A stretch of 64,000 bases of DNA from Mantamonas sphyraenae STR306. Lineage: Eukaryota; Protista; CRuMs. Below the pieces are notes generated by a model, which was not told the DNA's origin, searched no databases, and was given only the letters and a program-made list of their open reading frames with translations. This document shows, piece by piece, positions 56,063 to 64,000 of this stretch (its first letter is position 1; each line of letters begins with the position of its first letter). The DNA lies in NCBI GenBank assembly GCA_026936335.1, contig JAPMXV010000052.1, positions 502,063 through 566,062 of the forward strand, given 5' to 3'. The translations under genes and the position numbers were made by a program.

Positions 56063-59000
56063 TCATTCGAGCCGTTGGCGTTTGGAGGAGGAGGAGGAGG
56101 AGGAGGAGGAGGAAGGTTCTTTTCGCTTGGGCAGGGTGAAGGAGGGGATGGGGTAGGCGTTGACGAGTGCGACGGTGGTCGGACGGGTGGAGATGTGGGG
56201 TGTGATGCGGTCGATGAGGGTGTGGAGGAGGGTGTGCAGTGTGGCGTCGCTGGGTTTGGGTTTGTCAAGCCAGGCGATCTTGAGGGAGAGGGTGGTGACG
56301 CCGCGGGTGAGAGATCTGCTGATGGCAGTGGCAACGTGCTGGTAAGTGAGCTGTGGCCTGAGGAGGCGGACAAAGAAGGCCAAGTCGACAGGTGGCACGC
56401 CAACATTGCCCAGCACCAGGATGATGTGTCGCAGCAGGGACTGCAGGCTGCCGTTGTTGATCAGCTTGCGCAGTGCCTGGTGCTCGTGTGTGTGCTGATG
56501 GCGAGGGTGCTTGGCTGCGCGTGCCTTCATGTGTGCCAGCAGCGGCCGGAACTCCCGCGCCGTGCAGCTGCCACGCTCGTCGCTGGGAGAGGCACTGCTC
56601 CAGCCACTGCGCACAGACTCAGGATGCCACTTGTCCACCTTGGTGGTGGTGAGGTGGTGGTCGTAGTCGCATTGTGTCCAGTGTGGGTCGCTGTCGTTGT
56701 CAGCAGGGCGTCGTGCTTCCTGCAGCCACTGCTGGGTCTGCTCGTGCTCCTTCCAGCTGGTGGGATGGGGCCTGTCGCCAAGTGTGTCCATCTCTGTCAC
56801 AAGCAGGTGGAGGAGGGCGTAGTTTGGGTCGTGGGGCTCCTCCAGCCAGAACACCTTCAACTCAGCCTTTGTCACACCCGTGGCCAGACCAGCGTGGTTG
56901 ATGGCAAATCTGCACGCCTTTTGATCCATGTCACGGCCGAGAAGGGTGAGGCAGAAGGCCAAGTCGCCCTGGGAGAGGGGAATGTTGCCCAGAGCGAGCA
57001 GGATCTGTCGGATCAGCGTGCGCATGGTGCCATCGCAGACCACAACACGCGCCTGCAGGGTGATGAGGTCGGGGATGTCATCGATAGGATGCTCGTTGGC
57101 CAGAGCGTGCATGTGGTTCAGCAGTGCCGTGTGCTCCATCTTGTTGCTGTGGGTGCGCTCGCTCTTGCGCCACTTTGTCCAACCACTGCGCACAACGCCA
57201 TCTGGCAGTCCATCCTCGACGGCCACCTTCTCCTCCTCTGTAGGCTCGGGCAGAACAAGCTCCGGGATATCGAGGGTGTTGACGGCGTCGACGGTGGTGG
57301 GTCGGGTGGTGATGTGGGGTGTGATGCGGTCGATGAGGGTGTGGAGGAGGGTGTGCAGTGTGGCGTCGCTGGGTTGGGGGTTGTCGAGCCAGGCGATCTT
57401 GAGGGAGAGGGAGGTGACGCCCCGGGTGAGGTTGTTGCAGATGGTACTTTTAACCTTCTGGTAGGTGAGTTGTGGCCTGAGGAGGCGGACAAAGAAGGCC
57501 AGGTCGACAGGCGGCACGCCAACGTTGCCAAGCGCCAGGATGATGTGCCGCACCAGGGAGTGCAGGCTGCCGTTGTTGATCAGCTCACGCAGTGCATGGT
57601 GCTCGTGTGTGTGCTGATGGCGAGGGTGCTTGGCTGCACGTGCCTTCATGTGTGCCAGCAGCGTCTGGAACTCCCGCGCCGTGCAGCTGCCACGCTCGTC
57701 TGCGGTGTTGCACCAGCCACTGCGCACAGACTCAGAATGCCACTTGTCCACCTCGGTGGTGGTGGTGAGGTGGTGGTCGTAGTCGCATTGAGTCCAGTGT
57801 GGGTCGCTGTCGTTGTCAGCAGGGCGTCGTGCTTTCTGCAGCCGCAGCTGGGTCTGCTTGTGCTCCTTCCAGGTGGTGGGATGGGCTGTGTCGCCAAGAG
57901 TGTCCATCTCTGTCATGATGAGGTGGAGGAGGGCGTAGTTGGGGTCGCCGTGGTCGTGTGGCTCCTCCAGCCAGCACACCTTCAACCCAGCCTTGGTCAC
58001 ACCCATGGCCAGACCAGCGTTGGGGATGGCTTTTCTGCACGCCAATCGATCCTCATTTCGGCCGAGAAGGGTGAGGCAGAGTGCCATGTCGCCCTGGGAG
58101 AGAGGAATGTTGCCCAGACAGAGCTGAATCTGACGGATCAGCGTCAGCAGGGTGCCATGGCAGACCATAACACGCGCCTGCAGGGATATGATGTCGGAGA
58201 TGTTGTCGATGGGATGCTCGTTGGCCAGAGTGTGAATGTGGTTCAGCAGTGCCGTGTGCTCCTTCTTGTTGCTGTAGTTGCGCTCGTCACTGGGTCCCGC
58301 TGTCCACCCTTTGCGCACAACTCCATCTGGCAACTTGTTCGTCTTGTCCTCGCCTGCTTTCTTCCGTGCGCCGGTGTCTCCGTTCTTGGCCCTCCTTGCC
58401 CGTGTGCTAGACGTTCCTGTCTCTGTGCCACTGCCAGCCGTGACCCTGCGCCTGCGCTGTCCGCTGCCTTTCGTCTGTTGTGAAACAGTACGTCGGCTGT
58501 TGGGGACTCTGCCTCGTTTATGGCCTCCACTTGTGTGTCTCGGCTGCCATTCGTCCCTGTCCTCCTGCTCCATGTCGTCTGTGTCGTCGTCGCTGTCGTC
58601 TTGCGGCATGTACTCCTCATCCATGGCATCACCAGTGTCTGTAAAGCTGAGTGGGCCCTGAGTTTCCAACTCGTCGTCCACGTACTGCTGGGTTGCGTCG
58701 TTTGCCTCGCCGTCTTCTTCGTACGCCTCCATCCATGAGCTGGTCATCCACTCTGAGTTGCTGGTGATTGACTGTGGTTCACGGTGGCCGGAGTTCAGGA
58801 ACATCAGGTCCTCCACGTCACCGGTGTCATGTGTGTGCGTGTCCTGGTCTGCGTCGTCGTCGTCGCTGTCTCCAGTCTGCCGTGTGGCCTGGTGGGAGGA
58901 GGACGACGATGTGGTGGTGGATGTGGTACGGTTGATGCCTACAAAGGCAGGGCTGATGCGTTTTGGGACGCGGTTGTGGTTTGTGGTGGGTTGAGCAGGC

Positions 59001-59236
59001 GGAGGGTGCAACGGAGGCTGAGCAAAGTGCATCTGGGCGGTTTGTCGCGGCTGAGGAGGCGGCGGAGGAGGGTAGGCGTAGTATGTATGACCCTGATGAG
59101 CATATGCGTGGTGCTGCTGGGGGTGGGTGTTGACAGGGACCCAGATGATGGGTGGTTGTGGGTTCTGGTACGGGTTTTGTACGCCAGAGACGGGCAGCAT
59201 GTTCGGAAACGGCTGGGCAGCCATGGGAGGGACCAT
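56063..59236 (-). CDS. Subtelomeric repeat-domain protein, copy 1 (1057 aa, intronless)
   Basis: Long open ORF: Pro/Gln-rich N-terminus, acidic and basic regions, two ~385-aa tandem repeats, C-terminal KRK...KRQRLE. Paralog at 59935-63123. Confidence 0.75.
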   Translation of the reverse strand: MVPPMAAQPFPNMLPVSGVQNPYQNPQPPIIWVPVNTHPQQHHAYAHQGHTYYAYPPPPPPQPRQTAQMHFAQPPLHPPPAQPTTNHNRVPKRISPAFVGINRTTSTTTSSSSSHQATRQTGDSDDDDADQDTHTHDTGDVEDLMFLNSGHREPQSITSNSEWMTSSWMEAYEEDGEANDATQQYVDDELETQGPLSFTDTGDAMDEEYMPQDDSDDDTDDMEQEDRDEWQPRHTSGGHKRGRVPNSRRTVSQQTKGSGQRRRRVTAGSGTETGTSSTRARRAKNGDTGARKKAGEDKTNKLPDGVVRKGWTAGPSDERNYSNKKEHTALLNHIHTLANEHPIDNISDIISLQARVMVCHGTLLTLIRQIQLCLGNIPLSQGDMALCLTLLGRNEDRLACRKAIPNAGLAMGVTKAGLKVCWLEEPHDHGDPNYALLHLIMTEMDTLGDTAHPTTWKEHKQTQLRLQKARRPADNDSDPHWTQCDYDHHLTTTTEVDKWHSESVRSGWCNTADERGSCTAREFQTLLAHMKARAAKHPRHQHTHEHHALRELINNGSLHSLVRHIILALGNVGVPPVDLAFFVRLLRPQLTYQKVKSTICNNLTRGVTSLSLKIAWLDNPQPSDATLHTLLHTLIDRITPHITTRPTTVDAVNTLDIPELVLPEPTEEEKVAVEDGLPDGVVRSGWTKWRKSERTHSNKMEHTALLNHMHALANEHPIDDIPDLITLQARVVVCDGTMRTLIRQILLALGNIPLSQGDLAFCLTLLGRDMDQKACRFAINHAGLATGVTKAELKVFWLEEPHDPNYALLHLLVTEMDTLGDRPHPTSWKEHEQTQQWLQEARRPADNDSDPHWTQCDYDHHLTTTKVDKWHPESVRSGWSSASPSDERGSCTAREFRPLLAHMKARAAKHPRHQHTHEHQALRKLINNGSLQSLLRHIILVLGNVGVPPVDLAFFVRLLRPQLTYQHVATAISRSLTRGVTTLSLKIAWLDKPKPSDATLHTLLHTLIDRITPHISTRPTTVALVNAYPIPSFTLPKRKEPSSSSSSSSSSKRQRLE

Positions 59237-59934
59237 GTACCCGTAGCTGTGGGGGAGACGGGAGGGGAAGGGCGGGGTGGAAACGGTGAGCGGAAGGCGG
59301 AATGGACGCCGTCAGGGCAAAAGCGGGGGTGAAGGGAGGCTGGAACGAGCAAAGAGGGAAAAACGAAGGAGATTGGCAGACGGGGAAACTGGCAACGGGG
59401 AGGGCAGTGACAGGGGAGAGGGGATCGGAGAAGAGCGGAGAAGGCAGCAACGGTGGTGATGGGGAGGTGCAGATGCAGGGGAGGAGTGCAGGGAAGCAAA
59501 GGAGGCATGGAGGAGGCAAGGAAGCGGGAGAAGCGGGCAGTCAGAAAACCGGGGTGGAAGGCAGAACGCACGCTTGGTAGGTGTTGGGTGTGGGCTGTTG
59601 CTTCGGAGTGCTTGAGTAGTCTTTGTCCATGGTGTGGTGGTGGTAGTGAAGTGTATGTGGATTGTGTTGGACTGGTGGAGGGAGTTGTGGGTGTTGGTGA
59701 TACTTTGGTTGAAGGCGGATGGGTGGGCTGCACAGGTGGATGAGGCAATGGAGGTGGCGTTGGTGATGAATGGGGAGGAGAGGGAGGTGATGTTTGGGTG
59801 TGGTGGGAAGGAGGCGTATGTGGAGGAGGGAGGGTCGGAAGGGTGGGTGACACTCCCGGATGAGGTGATGGAGAGGGTGGTGGAGTGGATGGGGAGGGGA
59901 ATGAGTGAGGAGGGTGTGAGAATGAAAGGGTGGT

Positions 59935-62900
59935 TCATTCGAGGCGTTGGCGTTTGGAGGAGGAGGAGGACGACGAGGAGAAAGGGTCTTTGCGCTTGGG
60001 GAGGGTGAAGGAGGGGATGGGGAAGTCGTTGACGAGTACGACGGTGGTGGGTCGGGTGGTGATGCGAGGTGTGATGCGGTCGATGAGGGTGTGGAGGAGG
60101 GTGTGCAGGGTGGCGTCGCTGGGTTTGGGGTTGTCGAGCCAGGCGATCTTGAGGGAGAGGGAGGTGACACCGCGGGTGAGGGTGTAGCTTATGACATCGC
60201 GTACCTGCCTGTAGGTGAGTTGAGGCCTGAGGAGGCGGACAAAGAAGGCCAGGTCGACAGGCGGCACGCCAACGTTGCCCAGCGCCAGGATGATGTGTCG
60301 CACCAGGGACGGCAAACTGCCGTTGTTGATGAGCTCACGCAGTGCATGGTTCACGTGTGTGTGCTGATGGCGAGGGTGCTTGGCTGCGCGTGCCTTCATG
60401 TGTGCCAGCAGCGTGTGGAACTCCCGCGCCGTGCAGCTGCCTCGCTCGTCGCTGGGAGAGTGCGATGCCCAGCCACTGCGCACAGACTCAGGATGCCAGT
60501 TTTCCACCTTGGTGGTGGTGGTGAGGTGGTGGTCGTAGTCGCATTGTGTCCAGTGTGGGTCACTGTCGTTGTGAACAGGGCGTCGTGCTTTCTGCAGCCA
60601 CAGCTGGGTCTCCTTGTGCTCCTTCCAGGTGGTGGGATGGGGTCTGTCGTCGAGAGTGTCCATCTCTGTCATGAGCAGGTGGAGGAGGGCGTAGATGGGG
60701 TCGCCGTGGTCGTGTGGCTCCTCCAGCCAGCACACCTTCAACCCAGCCTTTGTCTCACCCATGGCCAGACCAGCGTTCTTGATGGCAGCACTGCACGCCT
60801 GTTGATCCACGTCATGGCCGAGAAGGGTGAGGCAGAAGGCCATGTCGCCCTGGGAGAGGGGAATGTTGCCCAGAGCGAGCTGAATCTGTCGGACCAGCGT
60901 CAACAGGGTGCCATGGCAGACCACAACACGCGCCTGCAGGGTCGTCAGGTCGGGGATGTCGTCGAAGGGATGCTCATTGGCCAGAGTGTGCATGTGGTTC
61001 AGCAGTGTCGTGTGCTCCTTCTTGTTGCTGTGCATGCGCTCGTTCCCGCGCCACTGTGTCCAGCCACTGCGCACGACGCCATCTGGCACCCCATCCTCCA
61101 CGGCCATCTTCTCCTCCTCTGTGGGATCAGGAAGAATAAGCTCGGGGATGTCGAGGGTGATGACGGCATCGATGGTGGTGGGTCGATTGGTGATGTGGGG
61201 TGTGATGCGGTCGATGAGTGTGTGGAGGAGGGTGTGCAGTGTGGCGTCGCTGGGTTTGGGTGTGTCGAGCCAGGCGATCTTGAGGGAGAGGGAGGTGACT
61301 CCGCGTGTGAGGGTGGTGCTGATGGCACGTTGAACCTGCTGGTAAGCGAGATGTGGCCTGAGGAGGCGGACAAAGAAGGCCAGGTCGACAGGCGGCACGC
61401 CAACGTTGCCCAGCGCCAGGATGATGTGTCGCGCCAGGGAATTCAGACTGTCGTTGTTGATTAGCTCACGCAGTGCATGGTTCTCGTGTGTGTGCTGATG
61501 GCGGGGGTGCTTGGCTGCACGAGCCTTCATATGAGCCAGCAGCGTCTGGAACTCCCGCGCCGTGCAGCTGCCACGCTCGTCGTTGGGATTGTGCGTTGCC
61601 CAGCCACTTCTCACAGACTCAGGATGCCACTTGTCAACCTTGGCGGTGGTGAGGTGGTGGTCGTAGTCGCATTGTGTCCAGTGTGGGTCGCTGTCGTTGT
61701 CAGCAGGGCGTCGTGCTTTCTGCAGCCACAGCTGGGTCTGCTTGTGCTCCTTCCAGGTGGTGGGATGGGGTTTGTTGCCAAGTGTGTCCATCTCAGTCAT
61801 GAGCAGGTGGAGGAGGGCGTAGTTGGGGTCGCCGTGGTCGTGTGGCTCCTCCAGCCAGCACACCTTCAACCCAGCCTCTGTCACACCCTTGGTCAAACCA
61901 GAGTCACGGATGGCAGCACTGCACGCCTGTTGATCCACGTCATGGCCGAGAAGGGTGAGGCAGAGGGCCACGTCGCCCTGGGAGAGGGGAATGTTGCCCA
62001 GAGCGAGCTGAATCTGTCGGACCAGCGTGGTCGTGGTGCCATGGCAGACCACAACACGCGCCTGCAGGGTCATGTGGTCGGGGATGTCGTCGATAGGATG
62101 CTCATTGGCCAGGGTGTGCATGTGCTTCAGCAGTGCCATGTGCTCCTTCTTGTTGCTGTGGCTGCGCTCGTCACTGTGTCCCTTTGTCCACCCTTTGCGC
62201 ACAACACCACCTGGCAACTTGTTGGTCTTGTTCACGCCTGCTGTCCTCCGTGCGCCGGTGTCTCCGTTCTTGGCCCTCCTTGCCAATGTGCTCGACGTTC
62301 CTGTCTCTGTGCCGCTGCCAGCCGTGACCCTGAGTCTGCGCTGTCCGCTGCCTTTCATCGGTTGTGGATCAGTGCGACGGCTGTTTTGGCCTCTGCGACG
62401 CCGTATGTGGCCTCTACTTGTGCGTCTCGGCTGCCATTCGTCCCTGTCCTCCTGCTCCATGTCGTCTGCGTCGTCGTCGCTGTCGTCTTGCAGCATGTAC
62501 TCCTCATCCATGGCATCATCAATATCTGCGAAACTGAGTGCGCCCTGAGTGTCCAACCCGTCGTCCACGTGCTGCTGGGTTGCGTCGTTTGCCTCGCCGT
62601 CTTCTTCGTACGCCTCCATCCATGAACTGGTCATCCACTCTGAGTTGCTGGAGTTTGACCGTGGTTCACGGTGGCCAAAGTTGAGAAACATCAGGTCTTC
62701 CACGTCGCCGGTGTCATGTGTGTGCGTGTCCTGGTCTGCGTCGTCGTCGTCGCTGTCTCCAGTCTGCCGTGTGGCCTGGTGGGAGGAGGACGACGTTGTG
62801 GTGGTGGATGTTGTCCGTGTGATGCCCACAAAGGCAGGACTGATGCGTTTGGGGACGCGGTTGTGGTTTCCGGTGGGTTGAGCAGGCGGAGGGTGCAACG

Positions 62901-63123
62901 GAGGCTGAGCGAAGCGCATCTGGGCGGTTTGTCGCGGCTGAGGAGGCGGCGGAGGAGGGTAGGCGTAGTATGGGTGGCCCTGATGAGCATATGCGTGGGG
63001 TTGCTGGGGGTGGGTGTTGACAGGGACCCAGATGATGGGTGGTTGTGGGTGCTGGTACGGGTTTTGTACGCCAGAGGCGGGCAGCATGTTCGGAAACGGC
63101 TGGGCAGCCATGGGAGGGACCAT
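59935..63123 (-). CDS. Subtelomeric repeat-domain protein, copy 2
   Basis: Same architecture as copy 1, with the MVPPMAAQPFP start at 63123. The frame stays open despite many substitutions. Confidence 0.75.
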   Translation of the reverse strand: MVPPMAAQPFPNMLPASGVQNPYQHPQPPIIWVPVNTHPQQPHAYAHQGHPYYAYPPPPPPQPRQTAQMRFAQPPLHPPPAQPTGNHNRVPKRISPAFVGITRTTSTTTTSSSSHQATRQTGDSDDDDADQDTHTHDTGDVEDLMFLNFGHREPRSNSSNSEWMTSSWMEAYEEDGEANDATQQHVDDGLDTQGALSFADIDDAMDEEYMLQDDSDDDADDMEQEDRDEWQPRRTSRGHIRRRRGQNSRRTDPQPMKGSGQRRLRVTAGSGTETGTSSTLARRAKNGDTGARRTAGVNKTNKLPGGVVRKGWTKGHSDERSHSNKKEHMALLKHMHTLANEHPIDDIPDHMTLQARVVVCHGTTTTLVRQIQLALGNIPLSQGDVALCLTLLGHDVDQQACSAAIRDSGLTKGVTEAGLKVCWLEEPHDHGDPNYALLHLLMTEMDTLGNKPHPTTWKEHKQTQLWLQKARRPADNDSDPHWTQCDYDHHLTTAKVDKWHPESVRSGWATHNPNDERGSCTAREFQTLLAHMKARAAKHPRHQHTHENHALRELINNDSLNSLARHIILALGNVGVPPVDLAFFVRLLRPHLAYQQVQRAISTTLTRGVTSLSLKIAWLDTPKPSDATLHTLLHTLIDRITPHITNRPTTIDAVITLDIPELILPDPTEEEKMAVEDGVPDGVVRSGWTQWRGNERMHSNKKEHTTLLNHMHTLANEHPFDDIPDLTTLQARVVVCHGTLLTLVRQIQLALGNIPLSQGDMAFCLTLLGHDVDQQACSAAIKNAGLAMGETKAGLKVCWLEEPHDHGDPIYALLHLLMTEMDTLDDRPHPTTWKEHKETQLWLQKARRPVHNDSDPHWTQCDYDHHLTTTTKVENWHPESVRSGWASHSPSDERGSCTAREFHTLLAHMKARAAKHPRHQHTHVNHALRELINNGSLPSLVRHIILALGNVGVPPVDLAFFVRLLRPQLTYRQVRDVISYTLTRGVTSLSLKIAWLDNPKPSDATLHTLLHTLIDRITPRITTRPTTVVLVNDFPIPSFTLPKRKDPFSSSSSSSSKRQRLE

Positions 63124-63790
63124 GTACCCGTAGCTGTGTGGGAGACGGTGAGGGGCAGGGCGGGGTGGGAACGGTGAGCGGAAGGCGGTATGGACGCCGT
63201 CAGAGCAGAAGCGGGGTGAAGGGCGGCTGGAACGAGCAGAGAGGGAAAACGGAGGAGATTGGCAGACCGGGAAACTGGCAAAGGGGAGGGCAGTGACAGG
63301 GGAGAGGGGATCGGAGAAGAGCGGAGAAGGCAGCGGCGGTGGTGATGGGCAAGTGGAGATGCAGGGGAGGAGTGCAGGGAAGCAACGGAGGCATGGAGGA
63401 GGCAAAGAAGAGGGAGGAGCGGGCAGTCAGAAAACCGGGGTGGAAGGCAGAACGCACGCCGGGTAGGTGTTGGATGTGTGTTGTTGCTTCGGAGTGCTTG
63501 AGTAGTCTTTGTCCATGGTGTGGTGGTGGTAGTGAAGTGTATGTGGATTGTGTTGGACAGGTGGAGGGTGTTGTGGGTGTTGGTGATACTTTGGTTGAAG
63601 GCGGATGGGCAGTGTTGACTGCGCGGCGTTGCAAGACGACGGCCACTCAACGGCGACATCTCCACTCCAACCCATTGCCCACTGTCCCAAGTCACCACCC
63701 AACTCAGCCACCCCGCCAGCAGTCACAAGCACAACTCACATGACATAGACCGGACTCATCACATCACCAATACACGATATACAACATATC

Positions 63791-63966
63791 TTAGGGTTAG
63801 GGCTAGGGTTAGGGTTAGGGTTAGGGTTAGGGTTAGGGTTAGGGTTAGGGTTAGGGTTAGAGTGGGTTAGGGTTAGAGTGGGTTAGGGTTAGGGTTAGGG
63901 TTAGGGTTAGGGTTAGGGTTAGGGTTAGGGTTAGGGTTAGGGTTAGGGTTAGGGTTAGGGTTAGGG

Positions 63967-64000
<34 letters not shown>
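63791..64000 (+). repeat. Telomeric (TTAGGG)n array, right chromosome end
   Basis: Tandem TTAGGG to the window end, with a few variants (CTAGGG, TTAGAGTGGG twice, TTTAGGG). The G-rich strand runs toward the terminus. Confidence 0.98.

Larger units (their letters stand above)
56043..63609. repeat. Direct tandem segmental duplication: ~56043-59723 and ~59915-63609 (~3.7 kb each, ~190-bp spacer)
   Basis: Shared left edge GAATGAARGGGTGGTTCATTCGAG and shared right edge GATACTTTGGTTGAAGGCGGATGGG, after which the copies diverge. Confidence 0.92.

Noticed and set aside
56075-58483. Long + strand ORFs antisense to real genes (also 40079-42100, 3528-5174, 59947-61464)
   Set aside because: Shadow ORFs expected from GC-rich codon bias; no recognisable motifs.
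56043-63609. Subtelomeric units as telomeric retrotransposons
   Set aside because: No reverse transcriptase, endonuclease, gag zinc knuckle, poly(A) tail or LTR is visible.

Overview
Terminal 64 kb of a chromosome from a GC-rich, intron-containing microbial eukaryote, ending in a (TTAGGG)n telomere at 63791-64000. About 30 very tightly packed genes with GT-AG introns are present, several as divergent pairs with under 100 bp between start codons. They include VPS26, an RNA ligase, a cyclin D-like gene, VPS34, MED12, a DnaJ protein, ATG8, PP4R3/SMEK, a 3-hydroxybutyrate dehydrogenase, PLD3-like, RAB2, a PKA regulatory subunit, CPSF30, EMG1, DUSP12, CDC50 and ATG101. The standout is an intronless ORF of about 1,700 aa at 16259-21508. 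Its C-terminus carries the Fanzor/TnpB RuvC-zinc finger signature with an apparently intact D-E-D triad, and it is followed by a densely base-paired ~190-nt region that is a candidate omegaRNA. The sequence just 3' of that scaffold matches a site in the duplicated subtelomeric repeat-protein genes. Other unusual items are an ankyrin-repeat, acylated PKA-R, a Nudix-DUSP12 fusion, a PAC/ENaC-like two-TM protein, and two tandem ~3.7 kb subtelomeric gene copies built from a 4x repeated domain. All calls come from motif recognition by eye; no database searches were run and exon boundaries are my own readings.
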